Source of the DNA: Novosphingobium sp.
Lineage (GTDB): Bacteria > Pseudomonadota > Alphaproteobacteria > Sphingomonadales > Sphingomonadaceae
Length of the DNA stretch: 64,000 nucleotides
NCBI RefSeq assembly: GCF_030696665.1
Contig: NZ_JAUYRV010000022.1
Location: forward strand, 2,976-66,975
Direction: 5' to 3'
The notes beneath the pieces were generated by a model. That model searched no databases. It had not been told where the DNA came from and saw only the letters and a list, made by a program, of their open reading frames with translations. Both the position numbers and the translations under genes were made by a program. Positions 51,992 through 62,390 of this stretch are shown piece by piece (positions within the stretch are counted from its first letter, which is position 1; each line of letters opens with the position of its first letter).

Positions 51992-53251
51992 TTGCATCCC
52001 CTGAAAACGCACGCGCGGGTTTTGAGCGCCAGTCTGGTTGGCACGGCGGTGGAATTCTATGATTTCTACATCTACGCCACAGCCGCTGCGCTGGTGATCG
52101 GGCCATTGTTCTTCCCGAGCGAATCCGAAACCGCACAAACCCTGCTGGCTTTCATGACCTTTGGCCTTGCTTTCTTTGCGCGGCCAGTCGGGGCGGTCGT
52201 GTTCGGGCATTTCGGGGACAGGATCGGGCGCAAATCGACGCTGGTCGCCTCGTTGATGCTGATGGGCACCTCGACTCTGCTGATCGCGTTCCTGCCGACT
52301 TATGCCATGGCCGGATGGATCGCGCCCGCGCTGTTGTGCCTGCTGCGTTTCGGGCAGGGCTTCGGCCTTGGCGGAGAGTGGGGCGGGGCGGCGCTTCTGG
52401 CGGTGGAGAATGCCCCCAAGGGCTGGGAAGCGCGCTTTGGCAGCGCACCGCAATTGGGCGCGCCGGTAGGGTTCTTCTTTGCCAACGGTCTGTTCCTGCT
52501 GCTGGGGTTGGGCCTGTCGGAGGCGGACTTTGCCAGCTGGGGCTGGCGCGTGCCGTTTCTGGCCAGCGCAGTGCTGGTTGGCGTGGGCCTATGGGTGCGG
52601 CTGAAGATTGGCGAGACGCCTTCGTTCAAAGCCGAGATGGAAAAGGCACCGCCGCCAAACGTGCCGATTACGCGACTGCTGCGCGATCACACTCCCGCCG
52701 TGCTGGCCGGGATCGCAGGGGTGGTGGCTTGCTTTGCGGTGTTCTACCTTGCGACGACGTTCGCGCTATCGTTTGCAACCACCAAACTGGGCTATGCCAA
52801 GCAGGAATTCCTCGGCATTCAATTGGGTGCAAACGCCTTCTTTGCGCTTGGCATTCTGGTTGCGGGGTACTGGGCCGACAAGTCCTCGGTCCAGCGCGTG
52901 CTGGGTACTGGGGCGGCGCTGACGGCGGTTCTCGGGCTGTTCTTCGGCACGGGGCTGGGATCAGGGTCGTTGCCTATCGTCTTCATGACACTGGCCGGAT
53001 CATTGTTCGTGATGGGCCTCGCCTACGGTCCGCTCGGCGCGTGGTTGCCGACGCTGTTTCCAGTCTCGGTGCGCTACACCGGCATCTCGCTGGCATTCAA
53101 TATCGGCGGCATAATCGGCGGTGCGCTGGCGCCGTTCGCGGCGGCTTGGACCGCTGCTGTGGGGGGCACGGCCTATGTCGGCCTGTTCCTGACGCTGGCG
53201 GGTGCGACAACGCTGGCCGGCATCTGGTTTGCGCCGAGGTTGAAGGCCTAA
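51992..53251 (+). CDS. MFS transporter (MHS metabolite:H+ symporter family)
   Basis: VEFYDFYIY, GDRIGRK, QGFGLGGEWGGA; TTG start after GGGAGG. Confidence 0.93.
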   Translation: MHPLKTHARVLSASLVGTAVEFYDFYIYATAAALVIGPLFFPSESETAQTLLAFMTFGLAFFARPVGAVVFGHFGDRIGRKSTLVASLMLMGTSTLLIAFLPTYAMAGWIAPALLCLLRFGQGFGLGGEWGGAALLAVENAPKGWEARFGSAPQLGAPVGFFFANGLFLLLGLGLSEADFASWGWRVPFLASAVLVGVGLWVRLKIGETPSFKAEMEKAPPPNVPITRLLRDHTPAVLAGIAGVVACFAVFYLATTFALSFATTKLGYAKQEFLGIQLGANAFFALGILVAGYWADKSSVQRVLGTGAALTAVLGLFFGTGLGSGSLPIVFMTLAGSLFVMGLAYGPLGAWLPTLFPVSVRYTGISLAFNIGGIIGGALAPFAAAWTAAVGGTAYVGLFLTLAGATTLAGIWFAPRLKA

Positions 53252-53793
53252 GCCTTCAACCGCATCAGCGTGATCAGCGCCTTGCCAACCTTGCGCTCGG
53301 CATCGACTTCGCAGATGCGCACATCGGGTTTTTCCTTGAGGCCGGTTTCGAGGCTGATCCAGGTGCCTTCGCCAATCCAGCCTAGCCTGGTCAGTTTCTC
53401 GATCGCCACTGCCCCTGCGCCGGTGCCATAGGGCGGATCGAGCATCACGAGATCGAGCGGCTGCTTGACCGCGCCAAGGGTCAACACCGATGATGCGCGT
53501 ACATCGCACTGCGGGGCGCAGCGCAGCGCCGCGATGTTGGCGCGGATGGTGCGCACCGCGCTGGCATCAGTCTCCACAAACAGCGCCGTGGCAGCACCGC
53601 GCGACAATGCTTCGAAGCCCAGCGCGCCCGAACCGGCGAACAGGTCGGCCACAGCCAGCCCTTCGAAACTGCCGAGGCGGCTGGCGAGCATCGAGAACAG
53701 GGTCTCGCGCGTGCGGTCGGCTGTGGGCCGGGTGGTGTCACCCTCGGGCGCGCGCAACGGGCGGCCGCGCCATTCTCCGGCGATTATTCTCAT
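53248..53793 (-). CDS. rsmD: 16S rRNA m2G966 methyltransferase RsmD
   Basis: MRIIAG, RPTADRTRE, DLFAGSG, DPPY. Confidence 0.95.
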   Translation of the reverse strand: MRIIAGEWRGRPLRAPEGDTTRPTADRTRETLFSMLASRLGSFEGLAVADLFAGSGALGFEALSRGAATALFVETDASAVRTIRANIAALRCAPQCDVRASSVLTLGAVKQPLDLVMLDPPYGTGAGAVAIEKLTRLGWIGEGTWISLETGLKEKPDVRICEVDAERKVGKALITLMRLKA

Positions 53794-54686
53794 TTGGCTT
53801 TCAACGTCTTGCGGAAGCGTTCAACCTGCACCTGCGGAATTTCTTCCACTGACCCGCGCTGCAGATCGGCCAGTTCAAACGGGCCATAGCTGGTGCGCAG
53901 CAGGCGCGAGACTTCAAGGCCGAGGTGTTCGAGCACGCGGCGGATTTCGCGGTTCTTGCCTTCGGTCAGCGTCATTTCGATCCACTTGTTGCGGTTGGCG
54001 CTGCGTTCCAGATTGGCGTTTATCGGGCCATAGCGTACGCCGTCGATCTCTATGCCCTCCATCAGCTCTTCGAGCCGTGCCTGGGTGATCTCACCGAACG
54101 TGCGGGCGCGATAAGTGCGCGGGATGCCGGTTGATGGCAGTTCCAGAGCGCGCTTCAATTCGCCGTCGTTGGTCATCAACAGCAGCCCCTCGGTGTTCAC
54201 ATCGAGGCGGCCTACCGGCATGACGCGCGGGGTGTTTGCAGGCATGGAATTGCGCAGTGCGGTGTAGATCGTCGGGCGGCCCGTGGGATCGCGCTCGGCC
54301 GTGATCAGGCCCGCAGGCTTGTGGAAGCGGAACAGGCGCGGCGCAGCGATGGGGCCCACAGGCTTGTCATCAACGCTCACGCCCCTGAGGCTGGTCAACA
54401 ATGTGGCAGGGGTGGTCACCACCTCACCATGAAGCTTAACGCGTCCATCCTCGATCATCCGCTCAACCTCGCGGCGGCTGGCGATACCGGCGCGGGCGAG
54501 CAGTTTGGCGATGCGGTCACCTTCACGCTCGGAGCCATCTTCGGCCAGTGCGCGCTTGGCAGCGACAACGGGTTGCGACGTGCGCGGCGCACCGCTGCGC
54601 ATGGAAAACGGCTTCTTTTCGGGGGTGGCGGTGCGAGGGCTGAACCTCTTCGGGCGATCGCCGCCATTTCTTGGGGGTAAAGTCAT
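53790..54686 (-). CDS. rRNA pseudouridine synthase (RluB/RsuA family)
   Basis: S4 domain (ASRREVER), PVGRLD, EGKNREIRR. Confidence 0.93.
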   Translation of the reverse strand: MTLPPRNGGDRPKRFSPRTATPEKKPFSMRSGAPRTSQPVVAAKRALAEDGSEREGDRIAKLLARAGIASRREVERMIEDGRVKLHGEVVTTPATLLTSLRGVSVDDKPVGPIAAPRLFRFHKPAGLITAERDPTGRPTIYTALRNSMPANTPRVMPVGRLDVNTEGLLLMTNDGELKRALELPSTGIPRTYRARTFGEITQARLEELMEGIEIDGVRYGPINANLERSANRNKWIEMTLTEGKNREIRRVLEHLGLEVSRLLRTSYGPFELADLQRGSVEEIPQVQVERFRKTLKAK

Positions 54687-54798
54687 CCGCCGCCCTTACG
54701 CGCAAACGCGCAATCCGTCACCCCGAGTCATGAGGGTCTGGCATCACGGCAATTGGGCGCTAGTGTGCCGGTCAGATTTTGAGGGAGCATTCGCGTCA

Positions 54799-56127
54799 AT
54801 GAGCGCAGACACGTCCGGCCAGCGTACCTTGATGGATTCGGTGCGGCCCTATCTCGAGAAGGAATCGCTTGCCGCGTTCTTCCTCGGCATGTCGTCGGGT
54901 TTTCCCTATGCGATGATCGGCGCGACGCTGACCACGCGGCTGGCGCAGGACGGGATCGACAAGAAGACCGTGACGGCCTTCACGCTGGCGTTTCTGGTCT
55001 ATAATCTGAAGGTTTTCTGGGCGTGGGTCGTCGATGGCGTTCACTTGCCACTGCTGGGGCGCATGGGGCAGCGCGTTTCGTGGATGCTGCTGTCCGGCGC
55101 ACTGGTCATGGCGGCCGTAGCCAATCTGGCGCTGGTCGATCCTTCGGCAGACCTTGGCGCGACAGTGCTGGCTGCGGTGCTGGTGGGCGTGGCTGGTGCG
55201 ACCTTCGATATCGTGATCGACGCTTACCGGATCGAGACGCTGAAACCCTACCAGCTCGGCACCGGATCGGGGATGAGCCAGTATGGCTGGCGCATCGGTT
55301 CGGCCGGGGCAGGCGCTTTGGCGCTGGTGGCTTCGGCACGATACGGGTGGAGCGCTGCCTATCTGTTCTGCGCCTTGTTCGCGCTGCCCGCGATGCTTAC
55401 CGCGCTGGCGCTGGGCGAACCTGCACGCCATCGCGATCCGGTAGGCAAGAAGGGCGTGGGCGATGTAGTCGCCTCGATCATCGGCCCGTTTGGCGAGTTC
55501 TTCCGGCGCAATGGGGCGTGGCTGGTGCTGGCGTTCATCCTTATCCACAAGGTTGGCGACACGCTGGCCAATCTGACCTTCCGCCTGCTTTTCAACGATC
55601 TGGGGTTCAGCAACGACGAGATCGCGATTTGGGACGTGGGCGTGGGCTTCTGGGCCTATCTCATCGGCATCTTCATCGGCGGCATCGCTTACACGCGCAT
55701 GGGGCTGAAGCGCTCGGTGCTGGTGGCGCTGGTGCTGATGGCGGTATCGAATCTGTCGTTCGCCGCGTTGGCGGCGGCGGGCCATTCGAACCTCGGCATG
55801 GCGGGCGCAATCGGGTTCGAGAACATGGCTTCGGGCTATGGCGGGGTGGTCGTTGTCGCCTATTTCTCGGCGCTGTGCGACTTGCGCTACACCGCGTCGC
55901 AATATGCGCTGATTTCGGCCAGCGCGAGCGTGATCGGGCGGTTCGCCACTGGCACCACGGCGGGCGGACTGATCGAATCGATGGGTTACGTGAACTTCTA
56001 CATCCTCACCACGCTGCTGGCGCTGCCCGGTGTGGTGCTGTTCTGGTGGATGGGGCATAGCGGGCTGGTCGATGCGGCGATGGGGACCGCTGGCGAGGAC
56101 AAGTCGGACGCCGATCCGTTTGCCTAA
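54799..56127 (+). CDS. ampG: AmpG-family muropeptide MFS permease
   Basis: GMSSGFP, ATFDIVIDAYRIE, TASQYAL. Confidence 0.85.
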   Translation: MSADTSGQRTLMDSVRPYLEKESLAAFFLGMSSGFPYAMIGATLTTRLAQDGIDKKTVTAFTLAFLVYNLKVFWAWVVDGVHLPLLGRMGQRVSWMLLSGALVMAAVANLALVDPSADLGATVLAAVLVGVAGATFDIVIDAYRIETLKPYQLGTGSGMSQYGWRIGSAGAGALALVASARYGWSAAYLFCALFALPAMLTALALGEPARHRDPVGKKGVGDVVASIIGPFGEFFRRNGAWLVLAFILIHKVGDTLANLTFRLLFNDLGFSNDEIAIWDVGVGFWAYLIGIFIGGIAYTRMGLKRSVLVALVLMAVSNLSFAALAAAGHSNLGMAGAIGFENMASGYGGVVVVAYFSALCDLRYTASQYALISASASVIGRFATGTTAGGLIESMGYVNFYILTTLLALPGVVLFWWMGHSGLVDAAMGTAGEDKSDADPFA

Positions 56128-56138
56128 CCCCAAACATT

Positions 56139-56206
56139 CCGTTCGGGTCGAGCGAAGTCGAGACACCGCAACGCCAACGTGTCTCGACTTCGCTCGCCAC
56201 GAACGG
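56139..56206. repeat. REP-like inverted repeat between convergent ampG and folC
   Basis: Perfect 18-bp arms 56149-56166 / 56179-56196 plus outer CCGTTCG/CGAACGG. Confidence 0.88.
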
Positions 56207-56214
56207 GACTCGGC

Positions 56215-57522
56215 TTAATCCGGAATTTCTTCGTTCAGCCGCAGCACTTCACCCGCAAGGTAGAGCGAGCCGACGATCAGCACGTCGCCCTCTGGTGGCA
56301 GCGCGGCAAGTGCTTCGGGCACGGTGGCAAAGCTGCGCACAGGCAGGCTGGTGAACGGTGCAAAGTCCTCTGGCCGATGCGCGTCATGTCCCGGCGCGGG
56401 GACGACTGAAAGCGACAACGCCCGGTCTGTCAAAGGCTTCAGGATTGCCGATGGATCCTTGTTCGCCAGCATGCCCATGATCAGATGCACCGGTGGCTGC
56501 GACGCGAGGTGGCGGGCGATGGCGCGGCCTGCGTCGGGGTTGTGCCCGCCGTCGAGCCACACGGTTCGGTGCCCGGCCAGTTCCGTCAGTGGACCTTGGC
56601 CGAGGCATTGCAGGCGTGCAGGCCAGCGCGCATCGACAATGCCCTTGCCCATCGCTGCGAGTGACACGGAAACCGCGCTTTGGTGCCGGAGCATTGCCAC
56701 GGCCAGTGCGGCGTTCTCGGCCTGATGTTCGCCGGGAAGTGCGGGCAGGGGCAGGGTCAATTCGCCCGATGCATCGCGGTAATTGATGCAGCCTGCGATC
56801 TGCGCGTCCCAATCGCGCCCGCGCATAATCAGCGGCGCGCTGATCTTTGCAGCAGTCTTGGCCACCGAATCGGCGGCGATCTGCGGATAGGCCATCGTCA
56901 CCAGCGGCACGCCGGGCTTGGCGATGCTCGCCTTTTCGAACGCGATGCGGGCCAGAGGCTCGGCAGGCACGCCTTCCTCCGGGGCAAGCAGGAACGCTTC
57001 GTGGTCTATCCCCAGCGTGGAAATCCCGCAGACAGCGGCGGTTGGCATCACGTTGGTGGCATCGAGCCTGCCGCCAAGCCCTGTCTCGATCACGCAGGCA
57101 TCGGCGGGGGTGCGGGCATAGGCGAGGAACGTGGCGACCGTCGTCACCTCGAAGAAGCTGGGTTCAAGGTCGTGTCCGGCGTCCAGGACTTCCTTTAGCA
57201 GCGCGGCCAGCAGGTCGTCCTCGATCAACTTGCCCGCAATGCGGATTCGCTCGTTATAGCGGACGAGGTGCGGTTTGGTGGCGGAGTGGACGGTCAGGCC
57301 CTCTGCTTCGAGCATGTGGCGCAGATAGCTGCAGGTCGATCCCTTGCCGTTGGTCCCGGCCACATGAAACACGGGCGGCAAGTGGTCCTGCGGATTGCCG
57401 AGCCGTGCGCAAAGCTCGCGCACCGTATCAAGGCCAAGGCGGCCCGATGGCAGCGATAGTGCGCCGAGGCGGTCAAGCTGGGCTTGTACCTCGGCGTTTT
57501 CTGAGATTGCGAAGTCCTTCAA
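56215..57522 (-). CDS. folC: Bifunctional folylpolyglutamate synthase/dihydrofolate synthase
   Basis: VAGTNGKGS, ETGLGGRLDATN, LDGGHNP; TTG start. Confidence 0.96.
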   Translation of the reverse strand: MKDFAISENAEVQAQLDRLGALSLPSGRLGLDTVRELCARLGNPQDHLPPVFHVAGTNGKGSTCSYLRHMLEAEGLTVHSATKPHLVRYNERIRIAGKLIEDDLLAALLKEVLDAGHDLEPSFFEVTTVATFLAYARTPADACVIETGLGGRLDATNVMPTAAVCGISTLGIDHEAFLLAPEEGVPAEPLARIAFEKASIAKPGVPLVTMAYPQIAADSVAKTAAKISAPLIMRGRDWDAQIAGCINYRDASGELTLPLPALPGEHQAENAALAVAMLRHQSAVSVSLAAMGKGIVDARWPARLQCLGQGPLTELAGHRTVWLDGGHNPDAGRAIARHLASQPPVHLIMGMLANKDPSAILKPLTDRALSLSVVPAPGHDAHRPEDFAPFTSLPVRSFATVPEALAALPPEGDVLIVGSLYLAGEVLRLNEEIPD

Positions 57523-57524
57523 CC

Positions 57525-57660
57525 CATCCTCCCCTGCACGGGGAGGGGGACCGTCCGCAGGACGGTGGAGGGGGTTGTCGGAGCCCGCTGCGGCTGATGG
57601 AGAACCCCCTCCACCACGCTTCGCGCGGTCCCCCTCCCCGTCCCCGTCCCGGGGAGGATG
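57525..57660. mobile_element. MITE/CIR-like 136-bp inverted-repeat element between accD and folC
   Basis: Terminal CATCCTCCCC/GGGGAGGATG; internal paired blocks GGGAGGGGGACC and GGTGGAGGGGGTT; no ORF. Confidence 0.75.
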
Positions 57661-57664
57661 AGGG

Positions 57665-58516
57665 TCACGCCGCCGCCTTCGCCGCCATCAGATAATCGAT
57701 CACCTGCGCCAGCGTCACTTTCATGTCGCGCCGGTGCGTTACCATGTCGATCATGCCATGCGCATAGAGATACTCCGCGCGCTGGAAACCTTCGGGCAGC
57801 TTTTCGCGGATCGTGTCCTGGATCACGCGCTGTCCGGCAAAGCCGATGAGTGCGCCGGGTTCGGCAATCTGCACATCGCCCAGCATCGCATAGCTGGCGG
57901 TAACGCCGCCGGTGGTGGGATCGGTCAGCACGACGATATAGGGCAGTCCCGCAGCGCGCAGACGCGATATCGCCACGGTCGAGCGCGGCATTTGCATCAG
58001 GCTGAGGATGCCTTCCTGCATACGCGCGCCACCGGCTGCGGTCACGGCCACGTAAGGGCACTTTTCACGCACTGCACGCTCGCACCCGGCGACGAAAGCA
58101 TTGCCCACGGCCATGCCCATCGATCCGCCCATGAAGGCGAATTCCTGCACGCCGACAACGGCTTTCTGCCCCTCGATCTTGCCGAAGGCGTTGGTCAGCG
58201 CATCGGCGTGGGGATTGGCGGCGCGGGCGGCTTTCAGTCGGTCGACATACTTCTTGCTGTCGCGGAACTTGAGCGGGTCTTCCTTGACCTTGGGCGCGGG
58301 CAGCAACTCGTACCCTGCGTCCAGCAACTGGTTGAGCCGCGCGTCTGCGCCAATGCGCCCGTGATGTTCGCAATGCGGGCAGACCGATAGGTTGTCTTCA
58401 TAGTCCTTCACGAACAGCATTTCGCTGCACGAAGGGCACTTGATCCACAGGTTGTCCGGCGTGTCCCGCTTCGGCGTGAAGGGGAGGGCGTTGCGGACCT
58501 TGTTCAGCCAGCTCAT
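57665..58516 (-). CDS. accD: Acetyl-CoA carboxylase carboxyltransferase beta
   Basis: CPSC...[19 protein letters not shown]. Confidence 0.98.
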   Translation of the reverse strand: MSWLNKVRNALPFTPKRDTPDNLWIKCPSCSEMLFVKDYEDNLSVCPHCEHHGRIGADARLNQLLDAGYELLPAPKVKEDPLKFRDSKKYVDRLKAARAANPHADALTNAFGKIEGQKAVVGVQEFAFMGGSMGMAVGNAFVAGCERAVREKCPYVAVTAAGGARMQEGILSLMQMPRSTVAISRLRAAGLPYIVVLTDPTTGGVTASYAMLGDVQIAEPGALIGFAGQRVIQDTIREKLPEGFQRAEYLYAHGMIDMVTHRRDMKVTLAQVIDYLMAAKAAA

Positions 58517-59313
58517 GCGATTTCCTTCCGGGCAGAGTGGACGGCAGCGGCCAGCGCTGCGGTAAGTTCCCGCACCGGGCCAGCGGCATCCGCGCCATGT
58601 TGTGCTACCAGATCGACCAGCGCCGAACCGACGACGACGCCGTCTGCGACCTTGGCGATTGCAGCGGCCTGTTCGGGCGTGCGCACACCAAAGCCTACCG
58701 CAACGGGGATGGTGGCCGAAGCCTTGATCCGCGCCACCGCCTCGTCAATCGAGGCTTGCGCAGCCTGCTGCATCCCGGTGATGCCCGCGACCGACACGTA
58801 GTAGAGAAAGCCGGACGATCCATCGAGCACAGCCGGAAGCCGCGCCGCATCGGTGGTCGGCGTGGCGAGGCGGATCAGGGAGACGTCAGCACCACGCAGC
58901 GCGGGGCCAAGCTCGGGGTCTTCCTCGGGCGGAATGTCCACGCAGATCACGCCATCGACGCCCGCCTTGACGCATTCGGCGGCGAACCAGTCGGCCCCGC
59001 GAATGGTCATCGGATTGGCATAGCCCATCAGCACCAACGGTACTTCCGGGTGGCGCGCGCGGAATTCGGTGGCGATGCGCAGGATGTCGGAAGTCTTGGT
59101 ACCAGCGCCGAGCGAACGCAGGTTCGCCAGCTGGATCGCCGGACCATCGGCCATCGGATCGGTGAACGGCATTCCCAGTTCGATCACGTCCGCGCCGCCT
59201 TCGACGAGTGCGTCGAGGATGGATGCGGTGGCGTCAGGCGTCGGATCGCCACCGGTGACGAAGGTCACGAGGGCGGGGCGGCCCTTGGCGAAGGCGTTGG
59301 AGAGGCGGGTCAT
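58513..59313 (-). CDS. trpA: Tryptophan synthase alpha chain
   Basis: [24 protein letters not shown]. Confidence 0.98.
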   Translation of the reverse strand: MTRLSNAFAKGRPALVTFVTGGDPTPDATASILDALVEGGADVIELGMPFTDPMADGPAIQLANLRSLGAGTKTSDILRIATEFRARHPEVPLVLMGYANPMTIRGADWFAAECVKAGVDGVICVDIPPEEDPELGPALRGADVSLIRLATPTTDAARLPAVLDGSSGFLYYVSVAGITGMQQAAQASIDEAVARIKASATIPVAVGFGVRTPEQAAAIAKVADGVVVGSALVDLVAQHGADAAGPVRELTAALAAAVHSARKEIA

Positions 59314-59567
59314 ATTTTCGGCTTCCACCATATGATCGGGAGTAAAATCCAACTTACAAGAAACATGGTCACTCCAAGGAGTCCCAAGGTGACTTCAAGA
59401 GCCGACGGGAAAAGGATTTCTGACGGGAGAAGCGAGTGGGGAGAAATCGTCTCGAATTCATATCCCCGTTCAGCGCGATTAACCCGCATCCGGTTTTCTA
59501 GAAACACAGTAATCAAGCCGGACAGCTGAAGGCAGAAAACCAGCAAGAGCCGCCCGTCTCTTTTCAA
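59310..59567 (-). CDS. Small two-TM hypothetical membrane protein coupled between trpB and trpA
   Basis: TTG start overlaps trpB stop (TTGA); TGA stop overlaps trpA ATG (ATGA); two hydrophobic segments. Confidence 0.6.
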   Translation of the reverse strand: MKRDGRLLLVFCLQLSGLITVFLENRMRVNRAERGYEFETISPHSLLPSEILFPSALEVTLGLLGVTMFLVSWILLPIIWWKPKI

Positions 59568-60778
59568 AGCGAGACCCCCAGATGCTCCGCGACCGAGAAG
59601 ATGTCCTTGTCCCCCCGTCCGCACAGGTTGGCAAGGATGATCTGGTCCTTGTCCATCGTCGGCGCGAGCTTCTGGACGGCTGCAATTGCGTGGGCAGGCT
59701 CCAGCGCGGGGATGATGCCTTCGGTGCGGCAGAGCAGCTGGAATGCGCTCAGCGCTTCCTTGTCGGTTACCGAGGTATAGTCCACGCGGCCGATTTCCTT
59801 GAGCCATGAATGCTCAGGCCCGATGCCGGGATAATCGAGCCCTGCGCTGATCGAGTGGCCTTCGGTGATCTGGCCGTCCTCGTCCTGCAGCAGATAGGTC
59901 TTGTTGCCGTGGAGAATGCCGGGGCGTCCGCCGGCGAGCGAGGCGGCATGTTCCTTGTCCAGCCCATGCCCTGCCGCTTCGACGCCGAGCATCTTGACGC
60001 TGGGATCATCGAGGAACGGATGGAACAGGCCGATGGCATTCGATCCGCCACCGATGGCCGCAACCAGCACATCGGGCAGACGGCCAGTGCGGTCCATCAT
60101 CTGGACGCGCGCTTCCTTGCCGATCACGCTCTGGAAATCGCGGACGAGTTCCGGATAGGGATGCGGACCGGCGGCGGTGCCGATGATGTAGAACGTGTTG
60201 TGGACGTTCGCCACCCAATCGCGCAGCGCCTCGTTCATCGCGTCCTTGAGCGTGCCCGCGCCTGCCGTTACCGGCACCACTTCGGCGCCCAGCAGCTTCA
60301 TGCGGAACACGTTGGGCGCCTGACGCGCCACGTCGGTCGCGCCCATGAAGATCACGCAAGGAAGGCCGAAGCGCGCGCAGACGGTGGCCGTGGCAACACC
60401 ATGCTGACCAGCGCCGGTCTCCGCGATGATCCGCGTCTTGCCCATGCGCATGGCGAGCAGAATCTGCCCGACGCAGTTGTTGATCTTGTGCGCGCCGGTG
60501 TGGTTCAGCTCGTCGCGCTTGAACCAGATTTGTGCGCCGCCTAATTCCTCGGTGATGCGGGGCGCGAAGTACAGCGGGCTGGGGCGGCCCACGTAATGTT
60601 CCAGCAGATCGTCGAACTCTGCCTGAAATGCCGGGTCGGCCTTGGCCTTGCGGTATTCGGCTTCCAGATCGAGGATCAGCGGCATCAGCGTTTCGGCAAC
60701 ATACCGCCCGCCGAACTGGCCGAAGTGGCCACGTTCATCGGGCAGGGTGCGGAAGCTGTTGGGAGTTGGCGCGTTCAT
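59564..60778 (-). CDS. trpB: Tryptophan synthase beta chain
   Basis: [27 protein letters not shown]. Confidence 0.99.
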   Translation of the reverse strand: MNAPTPNSFRTLPDERGHFGQFGGRYVAETLMPLILDLEAEYRKAKADPAFQAEFDDLLEHYVGRPSPLYFAPRITEELGGAQIWFKRDELNHTGAHKINNCVGQILLAMRMGKTRIIAETGAGQHGVATATVCARFGLPCVIFMGATDVARQAPNVFRMKLLGAEVVPVTAGAGTLKDAMNEALRDWVANVHNTFYIIGTAAGPHPYPELVRDFQSVIGKEARVQMMDRTGRLPDVLVAAIGGGSNAIGLFHPFLDDPSVKMLGVEAAGHGLDKEHAASLAGGRPGILHGNKTYLLQDEDGQITEGHSISAGLDYPGIGPEHSWLKEIGRVDYTSVTDKEALSAFQLLCRTEGIIPALEPAHAIAAVQKLAPTMDKDQIILANLCGRGDKDIFSVAEHLGVSL

Positions 60779-61151
60779 GCGCCCGCGCTTGGCAGAGCCG
60801 CGCGGGAAAGTCCAGATTTGCAAAGCCCGGACCTTTGGGGCAGGGGGCTTTTGCTGCATTGCAGAAATCTGCACGTGTCGTTCATCTTTCAGCAATCTGC
60901 TGCAGTCTAGTGCGGCTTTGCAACGTCGTGAAGGCGGCTCCGAAAGGGGTCGCCTTCTTGCGTTGTAGTAATGATCAAATAAATCTCAAAAGTAACTATC
61001 ATTGTTAGTGTGGCTAATGTTGCAGACTTGTCACATTTTATCCGGGTTTTGCTTTTGAAGTGATTTTCGTCATTGTCACCCTGCCGGACCGACCCTACCT
61101 GACCCCCGCCACCTTCGGAAAGAAGGGGCCAAAAAGTCAGGAGTACAAAAT

Positions 61152-61613
61152 ATGCGTCTGGTTCTTATCTCTCTCGCCGCCTCGCTTGTTGCGGCAACCC
61201 CAGCTCTCGCCAACGAAGCACGCGTCGAAGCACGCGGCGGCATTATCTGGAACGGTTCGGACAGCGAAGAGCTGGCTGGCGTCGCTGCCGGTTACGATTA
61301 CGACCTCGGTGAAACCGCGTTTGCCGGTGCTGAAGTTTCGGCTGACAAGCTGCTCACCGATGGCACCAAGGTTTCGTTCGGCTTCAGCGCCCGCGCCGGT
61401 GCGAAGATCGGCGAAGCTGGCAAGCTCTATGGCATCGGCGGCTACAGCACCGAAAACTGCGACAGCTGCGAAGGCGCATGGTCGCTCGGCGCTGGCTACC
61501 AGCACTCGTTCGGCAAGTTCTACGCGAAGGCGGAATACCGCCACTTCTTCCCGGACAACGCTCTGTTCACCGATACCGATGCTGCTGTCATCGGCCTCGG
61601 CGTGAAGTTCTGA
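61152..61613 (+). CDS. Small outer-membrane beta-barrel protein (OmpA-TM/porin-like)
   Basis: Signal peptide (ALA-N), alternating beta-strand pattern, KAEYRH, C-terminal GLGVKF. Confidence 0.85.
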   Translation: MRLVLISLAASLVAATPALANEARVEARGGIIWNGSDSEELAGVAAGYDYDLGETAFAGAEVSADKLLTDGTKVSFGFSARAGAKIGEAGKLYGIGGYSTENCDSCEGAWSLGAGYQHSFGKFYAKAEYRHFFPDNALFTDTDAAVIGLGVKF

Positions 61614-61639
61614 TAGCGCGCCTCCACGCACGTTTGGAA

Positions 61640-61678
61640 CAAAAGGCGGGCGGTCTCTTCGGGAGGCCGCCCGTTTTT
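61640..61678. terminator. Bidirectional terminator between OMP gene and trpF
   Basis: AAAAGGCGGGCGGTCTC-TTCGG-GAGGCCGCCCGTTTTT. Confidence 0.8.
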
Positions 61679-61687
61679 GCGTAAGGA

Positions 61688-62332
61688 TCAGGCGTTTCGC
61701 GCGTTGAAGCAGAAAGTGCGGATGCGCGTTTCATCCTTCACACCCGGCGCGCTTTCCACGCCTGACGACACATCGACCAGCGTCGTCCCCGTGCCCCGCA
61801 CCGCATCGGCCACATTGCCCGGGGCAAGGCCACCGGCAAGCCCCCAGCCCAGCGGTCCCCTGTAGGCCTTCAACAAATTCCAATCGAACACCAGCCCCAG
61901 CCCGCCGGGCAGGGCCGCGCCCTTGGGCGTTTTGGCATCGAAAAGGACGAAATCGGCAGCATCTGCATAGGCGTCCGCCTTGGCCACATCGCCCGGCCCG
62001 GCCACGGAAATGACTTTCCACACCGGCTTGCCAAATTGCGCGCGCACTGCGGCTGCCCGCGTCGGCGTTTCCTTGCCGTGCAGTTGGATCGCATCGAGCC
62101 GCGCCGCTGCCACCGCCTCGGCGATGAAGGCGTCATCGGCGTCGACGAACACGCCCACGCGGGTGACCCGCCCCTCGGCTTGCGCGGCAAGTGCAGGTGC
62201 GGCGGCAAACGTCAGGAATCGCGGGGAAGGGGGGAAGAAGTTGAACCCGACATGGCTGGCCTGCGCGCCAATCGTTGCGTCGAGCGCATCGCGCGTGGTT
62301 ACGCCGCAAATCTTGATGTGGGGTCCGGGCAT
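61688..62332 (-). CDS. trpF: Phosphoribosylanthranilate isomerase
   Basis: IKICGVT, QLHGKE, LAGGL..NV, VDVSSGVE. Confidence 0.98.
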   Translation of the reverse strand: MPGPHIKICGVTTRDALDATIGAQASHVGFNFFPPSPRFLTFAAAPALAAQAEGRVTRVGVFVDADDAFIAEAVAAARLDAIQLHGKETPTRAAAVRAQFGKPVWKVISVAGPGDVAKADAYADAADFVLFDAKTPKGAALPGGLGLVFDWNLLKAYRGPLGWGLAGGLAPGNVADAVRGTGTTLVDVSSGVESAPGVKDETRIRTFCFNARNA

Positions 62333-62390
62333 AGGCGGCGCGTTACGGGGAACGCGCCGCCTATGTCAAATTGCCCGGCTCAATTCAGCT

